Source: Oscillospiraceae bacterium
GTDB taxonomy: Bacteria; Bacillota; Clostridia; Oscillospirales; QAMX01
DNA: 64,000 nt
NCBI GenBank assembly: GCA_015067705.1
Contig: SVLW01000002.1
Location: 46,955-110,954 of the forward strand
Reading direction: 5' to 3'
Shown: positions 41,411 to 49,939 of the stretch, piece by piece
How the letters are laid out: each line of letters begins with the position of its first letter
Position numbering within the stretch: position 1 is the stretch's first letter
The notes under the pieces: generated by a model
What the model was told of the DNA's origin: nothing
The model's database searches: none
The model's input: the letters and a program-made list of their open reading frames with translations, nothing else
Translations under genes and position numbers: made by a program

Positions 41411-42427
41411 TTATCTGCCGCAGATGGCGTCCTCGACGATCTGGCGGGTAAAGAACTTCGGGGTGTGGTCATAGTAGAAGAGCAGCGGATAATGTGCGCG
41501 GCCGGGACGGAGCCAGCCATCCAGCCAGTTGATATCGTCGGCGATGCCCCAGGTGGTGACGTCGTCGATCACGTCGGAATACTCACGGGCGGCGGCAAAG
41601 ACCTGGCGATAAATGGTGGCCTGGCGCTCGACCAACTCGTCGGTGTAGGGATAGGCGGGCAGCATCCGCTCACGGGCGGAATAAGGGGAGACGTCCAGCT
41701 CCGTAATGTGGATCCGGAGACCCAGCTCTGCATACATCTCGATGGTGCGCTTGTACTCGCCGATATCAAACTCGTGGACGTTGATGTGGCTCTGCATACC
41801 AAAGCCGTCCAGCGGGATGCCGCGCTCCTGCATACCCTTCATCATGCGGATGATCTTGTCGCGCTTCACCGGGTTATACTCATTATAATCGTTATAGAAA
41901 AGCTGGGCATTCGGGGCATACTTGCGGGCAAGCTTGTAGGCGATATCGATATAATCCTCGCCCACGCCTTCCAGCCATTTGGTCTTTCTGAGCAGGCCGC
42001 CGTCGGGATCGTCGTCGATGACCTCATTCACCACGTCCCAGCAGAAGAACTGGTCGCCGTAGCGCTCACAGAAGGCCTTGGTGTGGCGCTCAATGCGCTC
42101 GATGTGCAGCTCGCGGCTGGCGGGCTTGCCGTCTTTATCCAGGTGCGTCCACTCGGCGGTCTGGATGTGCCACAGGGGTGCATGGGCGCGCAGAGCCATG
42201 CCGTTTTCTTTGGCAAAGTTTGCGATTTTGTCGGCCTCTTCCCAGGTGAAGACGCCGTCCTCCGGCTCCGTGGGACCCCATTTCATCATGCCCTCGTCGG
42301 TGATGCAGTTGAAGTGCTTTTTGACGATGGCGGCGTGACCGATGAAGTCACGGGAATTGAGACAGGTGCCGACCTTGAAGTATTTGGCATGGGCCTCTGC
42401 CAGGGAAGGCATATTGTCGTATTTCAT
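41411..42427 (-). CDS. GH10 xylanase, cytoplasmic type (copy 3; TDEGMMKW variant)
   Basis: 338 aa. WDVVNE and HITELD. SD AAGGAGG. Confidence 0.9.
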   Translation of the reverse strand: MKYDNMPSLAEAHAKYFKVGTCLNSRDFIGHAAIVKKHFNCITDEGMMKWGPTEPEDGVFTWEEADKIANFAKENGMALRAHAPLWHIQTAEWTHLDKDGKPASRELHIERIERHTKAFCERYGDQFFCWDVVNEVIDDDPDGGLLRKTKWLEGVGEDYIDIAYKLARKYAPNAQLFYNDYNEYNPVKRDKIIRMMKGMQERGIPLDGFGMQSHINVHEFDIGEYKRTIEMYAELGLRIHITELDVSPYSARERMLPAYPYTDELVERQATIYRQVFAAAREYSDVIDDVTTWGIADDINWLDGWLRPGRAHYPLLFYYDHTPKFFTRQIVEDAICGR

Positions 42428-42470
42428 AATGGTACGACCTCCTTTTGATTCTATTTTCGCGGGGACGCGC

Positions 42471-43505
42471 TTATTTCAGTGCATCCTCAATAATCTGCTC
42501 GGTGTAAGGACGCGGACGGTGATCGGCATAGAAGAGGAGCGGGAAATTCATGCGATAGCCGGGTGCCGTCTCCGGCTTCCGGTCGCCGATGCGCACGGCG
42601 GAGGTATTCAGCCAGGTCATGCTGTCTGCCACACCCCAGGTGGTGACGGAATCGATCACATCCGCATACTGACGATAAATGCGGAAAAGCTCTACATACA
42701 TATCGTACTGCTTGCGGAGCATTTCGTCCGTGATGGTGGGGCGGCCGGTTTCATAGACCGTGTAAAGGGAGACGTCCAACTCCGTCACATGGAGTCTGAG
42801 GCCAAGTGAAGCATAGGCCTCGATGCTGCGGCGGATCTCATCCATGTCCGCATAGATGGACAGATGCTGCTGCATGCCAAAGCCGTCGATGGGCGCACCC
42901 TCTGCGATCAGCTCGCGCAGGAGCTTCAGCATCTTCTCCCGCTTATGCGGCATCCACTCATTATAATCGTTATAGAAAAGCTGTACCTTGTCCGGCACGC
43001 ATTTCTTCGCAATGCGGAAGCTCTCTGCCACAAAGTCCGGGCCCACCAGTTCCGTCCAGTTCGAGGGGCGCAGCACCAGATCCTTTTCAAAGTGCGCCAC
43101 TGCCTCGTTCACCACGTCCCAGCAGTAGATCTCTTCGCCATAGCGCTGGCCAAAGGTTTCCATGTGCTGCTGCAGGGTTTCGAGAATCTCCTCGCGGCTG
43201 GCCGTCTCGCCGGCGGCGTTCCGGAACATCCACAGGCCGTTCTGCTTGTGCCACACCGGTGCATGGGCGCGCAGGGCCATGCCGTTTTCCTTGGCAAAGG
43301 AAAGGATCCGGTCGGCCTCGCCGAAATTCCACACACCCCGCTGGGGCTCGATGGGTTCCGGCTTCATGGCGTTTTCACAGGTAAGGGAATTAAAGTGTTC
43401 CTTCAGGATATCGCCAAACAGCGGCAGGTGATAGCCGGACACCGCGGCGCCGATCTTAAAATATTTGGCGTAAGCATCTTTCAGGGAAGGCAAATTCGTC
43501 ATCAT
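42471..43505 (-). CDS. GH10 xylanase, cytoplasmic type (copy 4)
   Basis: 344 aa. TCENAMKP, WDVVNE and HVTELD motifs. Confidence 0.9.
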   Translation of the reverse strand: MMTNLPSLKDAYAKYFKIGAAVSGYHLPLFGDILKEHFNSLTCENAMKPEPIEPQRGVWNFGEADRILSFAKENGMALRAHAPVWHKQNGLWMFRNAAGETASREEILETLQQHMETFGQRYGEEIYCWDVVNEAVAHFEKDLVLRPSNWTELVGPDFVAESFRIAKKCVPDKVQLFYNDYNEWMPHKREKMLKLLRELIAEGAPIDGFGMQQHLSIYADMDEIRRSIEAYASLGLRLHVTELDVSLYTVYETGRPTITDEMLRKQYDMYVELFRIYRQYADVIDSVTTWGVADSMTWLNTSAVRIGDRKPETAPGYRMNFPLLFYADHRPRPYTEQIIEDALK

Positions 43506-43523
43506 CTTCGCACTCCTTTCCGC

Positions 43524-44534
43524 TTACAGCACCGCTTCCACAATGGCGCGGGTGCAGGGCTTGGGGGTATGGTCATAGGAGAAGAGCAGGGGATAGTTCT
43601 TTCTGCCCGGCACCGGATGCACGTCCAGCCAGGTGAGATCATCCGCCGCGCCCCAGGTGGTCACGGAGTTGATCACGTCGGAATAGGAACGATAGATCTC
43701 GAAGAGATCCTCATACATCTTGCCCTGCCGGATGAAGTCCTCCTTCGTGGGAATGGTGGGGCGATAGGGATAATAGGGATTCGGGCGATCCTTGGGGTGA
43801 TAGAGGGAGACGTCCAGCTCCGTCACCTGCAGTTCAATGCCCAGTGTCGCATAGGCCTCGATGGCGGCCTTGATATCGTCAAGAGAGGTGTAGATATTCA
43901 CATGCTGCTGCAGGCCAAAGCCATCCAGCGGCACGTCCCGCTCCTGCATCCCCCGCATCAGACGCACGATGTTGTCCCGCTTTGCAGGATTGAACTCATT
44001 ATAGTCGTTATAATAGACCTTAGTTTTGGGGGCATATTTTTTGACAAAGCGATAGGCGTAGTCGATATAGTCCTCGCCGATCAGGGTGTACCACTTGGTC
44101 TCCCGCATATAGCCATTCGGGTCATCCACAATGGCCTCGTTCACCACGTCCCAGGCATACACGTCCTCGCCGTAGCGGCCGGCCATGACCCGGATGTGAT
44201 CCTCCAGACGGTCCAGGATCATCTCCCGATCCGCAAAGGTGAAGCGGTCGGTGAAGAGCCAGTCCTCGGTCTGCTGATGCCACACCGGTGCATGAGCGCG
44301 CACGCCCATACCGTTTTCCTTGGCAAAGGCAATGATGGCGTCTGCGTCTGCGAAGTCCCAGCGGTATTCCTCCGGATGGACGGGGCCGAACTTCATACAG
44401 GCGGAGGCCGTCAGGGAATTGAAGTGCTTTTTGAGAAGATTCCGCTGTGCCGTCAGATTCTGGGGCTGGACAGCGGCGCCGATCTTGAAATATTTTTCAT
44501 AGGCCTTACACAGGGAAGGCAGTTCCTGATACAT
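43524..44534 (-). CDS. GH10 xylanase-like, cytoplasmic type (copy 5; TASACMKF variant)
   Basis: 336 aa. WDVVNE and QVTELD are intact, but the ENxMK motif is replaced. Confidence 0.88.
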   Translation of the reverse strand: MYQELPSLCKAYEKYFKIGAAVQPQNLTAQRNLLKKHFNSLTASACMKFGPVHPEEYRWDFADADAIIAFAKENGMGVRAHAPVWHQQTEDWLFTDRFTFADREMILDRLEDHIRVMAGRYGEDVYAWDVVNEAIVDDPNGYMRETKWYTLIGEDYIDYAYRFVKKYAPKTKVYYNDYNEFNPAKRDNIVRLMRGMQERDVPLDGFGLQQHVNIYTSLDDIKAAIEAYATLGIELQVTELDVSLYHPKDRPNPYYPYRPTIPTKEDFIRQGKMYEDLFEIYRSYSDVINSVTTWGAADDLTWLDVHPVPGRKNYPLLFSYDHTPKPCTRAIVEAVL

Positions 44535-44565
44535 CAGTGATTCCTCCTTCTGACAGGTGTTTTTG

Positions 44566-44623
44566 GAAAAAAGGGCAAAACCGCCCGACAGAAGTACCTT
44601 ATGGGTGATTCTGCCGGGCGGTC
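44566..44623 (-). terminator. Terminator between GH10 copy 6 and copy 5
   Basis: On the minus strand: ACCGCCCGGCAGAA / TTCTGTCGGGCGGT (14-bp stem, one mismatch) followed by TTTGCCCTTTTTT. Confidence 0.65.
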
Positions 44624-44639
44624 AATATGTACGGAATGC

Positions 44640-45665
44640 TTACTTGCCTGCCACGGCGTCGTCGATCATCTTGTAGACGCAGGGCTTTGGGGAGTGATCT
44701 GCATTGAAGAGCAGCGGATAGTTGGGACGATTCGGACGGGACAGCCAGGAATAGTCGTCGGCCACGCCCCAGGTGGTGACGGAGTCGATGACGTCGGAAT
44801 AGCTGCGATAAAGCTCGAAGAGTTTTACATAGATCTCGTTCTGCCGCTCGCGCATTTCGTCGGTGATTTCGATGGCCTCTTCCTTGGAATGAACGTCGGT
44901 ATAGAAGTTGATGTCCATCTCGGTAATATGGATGCGCAGACCCAGGGAGGCATACATCTCGATGGACTTCTTCACCTCGTCAAGATCCGGGCGGTTGATG
45001 TTATAATGGGTCTGCATGCCAAAGCCATCCAGCGGTGCGCCGCGGTCCAGCAGATTCTTCATCAGGTTATAGATGCGCTCGCGCTTCAAAGGATCGCACT
45101 CGTTATAGTCATTATAGAAGAGCTGGCAGTGGGGGGCATACTTACGGGCCAGATGATAGGCCTTTTCCAGATACTCCACGCCGCAGGTCACCAGATAATC
45201 GGTGAGACGGTAGGGGTTATTGCCGAAACGGCGCAGGAACATTTCGTCCAGCTTGTCGTTGGTAGCCTCGTTGACCACGTCCCAGGAGTAAACGGCATCG
45301 CCGTAACGCTCGGTCAGCACCTTGATGTGCTGTTCCAGACGCTCATAAACCAGCTCACGGGGAGCCAGACGGCCGTTGGCCTCGAAGAACCACTTGGGGG
45401 TCTGTGCATGCCAGACAGGGGCGTGCATACGCATCCGCATGCCGTGCTCCTTGGCGAATGCCACGATCTGATCAGCCGGCTCGAACACCCACTTATTCTC
45501 CTCGGGGTGCATGGGCTCGTACTTCATCTGATTCTCGCAGGTCAGGGAGTTGAAGTGCTTGGTCAGAAGGTCTGCGTGACGGGTCAGACTGGGGGGAGAG
45601 ATGGCTGCGCCAATGTCAAAATACTTCTCATAGGCTTTTGCCAGAGACATGATTTCCTGTGTCAT
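44640..45665 (-). CDS. GH10 xylanase, cytoplasmic type (copy 6, most upstream)
   Basis: 341 aa. TCENQMKY, WDVVNE and HITEMD. SD AGGAGG. Confidence 0.9.
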   Translation of the reverse strand: MTQEIMSLAKAYEKYFDIGAAISPPSLTRHADLLTKHFNSLTCENQMKYEPMHPEENKWVFEPADQIVAFAKEHGMRMRMHAPVWHAQTPKWFFEANGRLAPRELVYERLEQHIKVLTERYGDAVYSWDVVNEATNDKLDEMFLRRFGNNPYRLTDYLVTCGVEYLEKAYHLARKYAPHCQLFYNDYNECDPLKRERIYNLMKNLLDRGAPLDGFGMQTHYNINRPDLDEVKKSIEMYASLGLRIHITEMDINFYTDVHSKEEAIEITDEMRERQNEIYVKLFELYRSYSDVIDSVTTWGVADDYSWLSRPNRPNYPLLFNADHSPKPCVYKMIDDAVAGK

Positions 45666-45721
45666 ATTGTGATCCTCCTATAGTTCTCTGTATCCCCCCG
45701 AAGGGGGCTCTGATTGACTCA

Positions 45722-45750
45722 AGTATAGCATTGCCCTCCCGCAAAGTCAA
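45722..45750 (-). promoter_or_regulatory. Sigma-A type promoter of the GH10 array
   Basis: On the minus strand: TTGACT (45750-45745), 17-nt spacer, TATACT (45727-45722). The 5' UTR contains the CCCCCTTCGGGGGG hairpin. Confidence 0.7.
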
Positions 45751-45770
45751 CAGATTGCAGATAAGATGCA

Positions 45771-45832
45771 TAAAAAGAATGGGCAAAATCCGTGGCTTTT
45801 GATCTCATTTGCCAAAAAGACGGATTTTGCCC
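45771..45832 (-). terminator. Long hairpin terminator downstream of nifS
   Basis: 13-bp arms GGGCAAAATCCGT (45781-45793) / ACGGATTTTGCCC (45820-45832), followed on the minus strand by a T-rich run ATTCTTTTTA. Confidence 0.55.
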
Positions 45833-45862
45833 GATTTCCTTTCTTTTTTGCGGAAATTGCCC

Positions 45863-47038
45863 TTATTCGGCCATGCCCATGCGGCGCATGGCGCTCCAGG
45901 TGGGACTCATGTGCCGCAGCTTTTCCGCGGCAATGGCCAGCTCTGCCGCGATGCGGTCAATCTCCTCTTCGGTGTTCTCCCGCCCCAGAGAGATCCGCAG
46001 ACCGCCCTTGGCGGCGGCGCGGTCGAGGCCGATGGCGGTGAGCACATGAGAGGGTTCCTCGCTGCCCGATGCACAGGCAGAACCCGGGGACACCGCGATC
46101 CCGGCGTTATCCAGCATCATGGCGATGTACTCGCCCTCAATGGCGGTGAAGGAGAAATTCGCAATGCCCGGCAGCCGCGGCTCCCCGCCGTTTTCCCGCA
46201 CATGGGGGATCCGGAGCACCTGCTCCGTCAATCTCTGCCGCAGGGCAGTCAGGCGGACGGCCTCCGCCTCCATCTCCTCACAGGACAGCGCCAGCGCGCG
46301 AGAGAGGCCCACAATGCCCGCCACATTCTCTGTACCGGCCCGCACGCCGTGCTCCTGGGCGCCGCCGGTGATAAAGGGTGCACAGGCCGCGCCGCGGCGG
46401 ATATAGATGGCGCCGATGCCCTTTGGCCCGCCGAACTTATGGGCGGACAGGGTCAGAAAATCCACGCCCATCGCCGCCATGTCCAGCGGGATGTGTCCCG
46501 CCGCCTGCACCGCATCGGTGTGGAACAGCACGCCGTGCGCCCGGGCAATGGCCGCGATCTCCCGGACGGGCTGGATGGTGCCCAGCTCGTTATTGGCGGT
46601 CATAATAGAGATGAGGGCCGTGTCCTCCCGGATGGCGGCCTCCACGTCGGCAGGGGAGATGTGCCCGGATTTGTCCGGCTGGATCCGCGTGACCGCGCAT
46701 CCCTCCCGTTCCAGTGCCTCCGCCGTGTGCAGGATGGCGTGATGCTCCATGGCGGAGAGGATGAGGTGCCGTTTGCCGGCGTGCTTCATAACGCCCCGCA
46801 GCACCATGTTGTCGCCCTCCGTGCCGCCGGAGGTGAAGAAGATCTCGTTCCGGTCGGCATGTAAAAGCGCGGCCACGCCGCGTCTTGCGTTCTCCACCGC
46901 CTTGCGGGCGGCCCGCCCTTCCCGATATAAAGAGGATGCATTGCCAAAGCCGCCCTCAAGCCAGGGCAGCATTTCCGCGAGAACCTCCTGCCGCAGCCGG
47001 GTGGTGGCGGCATGGTCGGCATAAATCCGGTTTTCCAT
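45863..47038 (-). CDS. nifS: Cysteine desulfurase (NifS/IscS class, PLP-dependent)
   Basis: About 391 aa from MENRIYADHAATT. PLP-Lys motif SAHKFGGPKG and active-site Cys loop SPGSACASG. Confidence 0.9.
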   Translation of the reverse strand: MENRIYADHAATTRLRQEVLAEMLPWLEGGFGNASSLYREGRAARKAVENARRGVAALLHADRNEIFFTSGGTEGDNMVLRGVMKHAGKRHLILSAMEHHAILHTAEALEREGCAVTRIQPDKSGHISPADVEAAIREDTALISIMTANNELGTIQPVREIAAIARAHGVLFHTDAVQAAGHIPLDMAAMGVDFLTLSAHKFGGPKGIGAIYIRRGAACAPFITGGAQEHGVRAGTENVAGIVGLSRALALSCEEMEAEAVRLTALRQRLTEQVLRIPHVRENGGEPRLPGIANFSFTAIEGEYIAMMLDNAGIAVSPGSACASGSEEPSHVLTAIGLDRAAAKGGLRISLGRENTEEEIDRIAAELAIAAEKLRHMSPTWSAMRRMGMAE

Positions 47039-47185
47039 GGTGTTTCTTCCTTCTTCCAAAGCTTCGTTTTCCTCATTATGCCATATTTCCGGCAAAATGT
47101 ATATGCATATTCCGGAATCTTCCCGGGATTTTTCTGCGGATCGGACAATTCTATAGGAAATTGTGGAATTTGTGATGAAAAGTTG

Positions 47186-47215
47186 TTGACAGGAAGGCCG
47201 GGTATGTTATATAAT
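47186..47215 (+). promoter_or_regulatory. Sigma-A type promoter of the rpmH operon
   Basis: TTGACA (47186-47191), then TATATA (16-nt spacer) or TATAAT (18-nt spacer) at 47208-47215. Confidence 0.7.
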
Positions 47216-47285
47216 AATCGGTGCGTGGCCGAGGGAGAATACTGCCCCTGGCCAGAATGAAAGACACTTTCAGGAGGTGTGACAA

Positions 47286-47420
47286 ATGCTGAGAACGTAT
47301 CAGCCGAAAAAACGTCAGCGCAGCCGTGAGCATGGCTTCCGCAAGAGAATGAGCACGAAGAATGGCCGCAAAGTTTTGGCCAGACGTCGCGCAAAGGGCA
47401 GAGCTCGCCTTTCTTACTAA
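47286..47420 (+). CDS. rpmH: 50S ribosomal protein L34
   Basis: Not in the ORF track (44 aa). My translation is [52 protein letters not shown]. Confidence 0.95.
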   Translation: MLRTYQPKKRQRSREHGFRKRMSTKNGRKVLARRRAKGRARLSY

Positions 47421-47480
47421 TTCGGAAGAGCTCATTGATCGTACAGAAGTGATTATGTACGAGTACCAGTGGGAGGCGTA

Positions 47481-47825
47481 ATGCGTTACACCGTCTCGAT
47501 CAATCAAAACAGGGATTTCAGAAGGCTGTATTCCTCCGGGAAATCGGCCGTGAATGCCTATCTGGCAATCTATTGCCGGCGAAATAAAACGGCAGTCAAC
47601 CGTCTGGGCCTGACAGTAGGCACGAAGATCGGAAAAGCTGTGGTGCGCAATCGGGTGCGCCGCAGAATCCGGGAGGCCTATCGTCTGCGCGAAGCGAGCT
47701 TAAAGACCGGGTATGATATCGTGATCGTTGCCCGCACCCGTGCGGCGCAGAGCAGCTATCAGGAGATCGACCGCGCACTGGGTGCGCTCCTTTCAAAGCT
47801 CGGAATCAGCGAGGTACAGGCATGA
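47481..47825 (+). CDS. rnpA: Ribonuclease P protein component
   Basis: About 114 aa. [10 protein letters not shown]...[26 protein letters not shown] (the RNR motif). Located downstream of rpmH. Confidence 0.9.
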   Translation: MRYTVSINQNRDFRRLYSSGKSAVNAYLAIYCRRNKTAVNRLGLTVGTKIGKAVVRNRVRRRIREAYRLREASLKTGYDIVIVARTRAAQSSYQEIDRALGALLSKLGISEVQA

Positions 47826-48043
47826 ACGTTCCAAAGCGGATCGTTTTGTGGTTGATCGGTTTTTATCGCCGGTATTTGTCTACTCTGAAGCCATATCCCA
47901 CGTGCCGCTTCCTTCCGACCTGTTCGGAGTATGCCTTTGAAGCGGTGAGCAAATACGGTGTGCTGAAAGGCGGATATCTGGCCTTTCGGCGGATTTTGCG
48001 CTGCCATCCCTTCCATCCGGGCGGTTATGACCCGGTGCCTTAG
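47822..48043 (+). CDS. yidD: Membrane protein insertion efficiency factor YidD
   Basis: 73 aa. [23 protein letters not shown]...[17 protein letters not shown]. Confidence 0.92.
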   Translation: MNVPKRIVLWLIGFYRRYLSTLKPYPTCRFLPTCSEYAFEAVSKYGVLKGGYLAFRRILRCHPFHPGGYDPVP

Positions 48044-48084
48044 GGCGGATCATGTCCCTACCATGCATTAAAGGAGACAAGCAA

Positions 48085-49062
48085 ATGCCCAAAGTAACCC
48101 AGAAGAGAACACGGGGCCGCAGAGTGCTCATCGTTTTAGCGATGGCCATGATGATCTGCATGCTCTTGACCTCGTGTTATACAGACGGAAACGGCGAGAC
48201 CACCAATATCTTCATTGCGGTACTGGTGCGCCCCTTCGCGTTCATCCTGCGCTGGATCTATGACTGGACCCAGTCCTTCGGATGGTCGCTGATCCTCTTC
48301 ACCCTGTTCACCCGTCTGATCTTACTCCCTCTGAATATCAAGAGCAAGCAGGGTATGGCAGAGATGCAGGCTCTCCAGCCCAAACTCAAAGAACTTGAGA
48401 AGAAGTACAAGAACGACCAGCAGCGCTATCAGGAAGAGGCTGCCAAGCTTTATAAGAAAGAAGGCGTCAGTCCCATGAGCGGCTGTCTGCCCACGCTTCT
48501 GACTCTTCCGGTCATGTTCGCTCTTTACTGGCCCATCAGCCAGCCCATGAAGTATCTGATGAAGCTGACCGCCAGTCAGATCTCCCAGGTGAGAGAACAG
48601 CTGGTGCTCATCGGCGCAAAGGTGGACGGTGTTCTGATCGCCGCCAATTCTTCGGAAATGACTCTGGTCCAGGCTCTGTCCAATCACTTCGCTGACGTCA
48701 GCTTTATCTCCGAGAACATCTTCCCGATGAATCTGCAGTTCCTCGGCATGGACCTTGGCGCAGTGCCCAGCTTTACCAAGTTCAATCTGATTTTCCTGCT
48801 CCCCATCATTTCCGCCGTGACCTCCTTCCTTCTGACCCAGTTCACCACCTGGCTCCAGGAAAAGACCACCGGCACCAAGAGCACCCAGCAGAATAACGCC
48901 ATGATGAAGTGGATGATGCCCATCATCTCCATCTGGATCGGTTTCACCCTTCCTGCCGGCCTGACCCTTTACTGGATCGCCTGTAACGTCATCGGCATCC
49001 TGCAGGAACTCTTCATTACCTATTACTTAAAAATGAAGAAGGAAAAAGCGTCTTCTAAATAA
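48085..49062 (+). CDS. yidC: YidC/SpoIIIJ-type membrane protein insertase (lipoprotein)
   Basis: SD AAGGAG plus ATG 48085. Lipobox LLTSC. LLPLNIKSKQGMAEMQALQPKLKELEKKYK and GCLPTLLTLPVMFALY motifs. Confidence 0.9.
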   Translation: MPKVTQKRTRGRRVLIVLAMAMMICMLLTSCYTDGNGETTNIFIAVLVRPFAFILRWIYDWTQSFGWSLILFTLFTRLILLPLNIKSKQGMAEMQALQPKLKELEKKYKNDQQRYQEEAAKLYKKEGVSPMSGCLPTLLTLPVMFALYWPISQPMKYLMKLTASQISQVREQLVLIGAKVDGVLIAANSSEMTLVQALSNHFADVSFISENIFPMNLQFLGMDLGAVPSFTKFNLIFLLPIISAVTSFLLTQFTTWLQEKTTGTKSTQQNNAMMKWMMPIISIWIGFTLPAGLTLYWIACNVIGILQELFITYYLKMKKEKASSK

Positions 49063-49105
49063 TCAAAAAGGAGAAAGCGCCTTCCGAAGGAGGCTATTTC
49101 ATCAA

Positions 49106-49888
49106 ATGATAAAGATAGTCGAAACCACCGGCAAAACCACCGAGGATGCCGTAGCCGCCGCGCTGCGACAGCTCCGGCAGATCAGTCCGGAAATCACCGA
49201 GGCAGATGTGGATGTCGAACTTCTGGAGCGTGCCCGTTCCGGCTTCCTGGGCATCGGCAGCAGCCCCGCCAAGGTGCGCGTCACCTATGATATGCAGCCC
49301 CTTGAGAGCGCAAAGATCTTCCTCTCCGGTCTTCTCGAACACATCGGCGTCGAGGCCCTTGTGGACGGCGAAGTGAACGAGGAAGGCACCGTGGCTCTCA
49401 ATGTGTCCGGCGACAACATGGGCGTTGTCATCGGCCGCCGCGGCGATACGCTGGATGCGCTCCAGTACATCACCTCCATCGTGGTCAACCGCACCGAGAA
49501 GGAACACATCCGTGTGACCGTTGACACCGAGAACTACCGCAAGAAGCGCGAAGAGTCCCTCCAGGCCCTGGCCCGCAAGGTGGCTGCCCGCGTTCTGAAG
49601 TATAAGAAAAATGTCACTCTCGAGCCCATGAACGCCAACGAGCGTCGTGTGATCCACTCTACCCTCCAGGGTATGCGCGGCATCACCACTTATTCCATGG
49701 GTAATGAGCCCAATCGCCGCGTCGTCGTGGCGACTGCCGGCGCCCGCGGCCCCAAGACCCGCGGCGGCAGAGGAGGCAGCCAGACCCGTCAGACCGAGAC
49801 CCGCGAACAGCGCCCGGCACAGACCCAGCGTACTGCTGAGCCGCCCAAGGCCGCCGCGATCCCGTCTGTGGAGATGGAATGGAAATAA
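49106..49888 (+). CDS. khpB: RNA-binding protein KhpB/Jag (Jag_N, KH, R3H domains)
   Basis: 260 aa. GRRGDTLDALQYI (KH) and PMNANERRVIHSTLQ (R3H). Located downstream of yidC. Confidence 0.88.
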   Translation: MIKIVETTGKTTEDAVAAALRQLRQISPEITEADVDVELLERARSGFLGIGSSPAKVRVTYDMQPLESAKIFLSGLLEHIGVEALVDGEVNEEGTVALNVSGDNMGVVIGRRGDTLDALQYITSIVVNRTEKEHIRVTVDTENYRKKREESLQALARKVAARVLKYKKNVTLEPMNANERRVIHSTLQGMRGITTYSMGNEPNRRVVVATAGARGPKTRGGRGGSQTRQTETREQRPAQTQRTAEPPKAAAIPSVEMEWK

Positions 49889-49897
49889 GCATGATGA

Positions 49898-49936
49898 CAA
49901 GGCAGACGGCTCCCGTCTGCCTTGTTTGGTATTTTT
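49898..49936 (+). terminator. Terminator-like hairpin immediately upstream of mnmE
   Basis: 12-bp stem CAAGGCAGACGG / CCGTCTGCCTTG, then TTTGGTATTTTT. The mnmE ATG is at 49940. Confidence 0.7.
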
Positions 49937-49939
49937 CGT

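Noticed and set aside
40023-45683. Plus-strand ORFs of 159-592 aa across the GH10 array (for example 40670-42448, 42864-44540, 44601-45683)
   Set aside because: They are antisense to the six GH10 genes, whose minus-strand frames carry the catalytic motifs and SDs. The plus-strand products have no recognisable features.
47039-47285. Possible oriC in the nifS-rpmH intergenic region
   Set aside because: The best DnaA-box match is 6/9 (TGTGGAATT), and there is no cluster of boxes. No AT-rich unwinding element exists beyond the promoter, and no dnaA is adjacent. The region is adequately explained by the rpmH promoter and leader.
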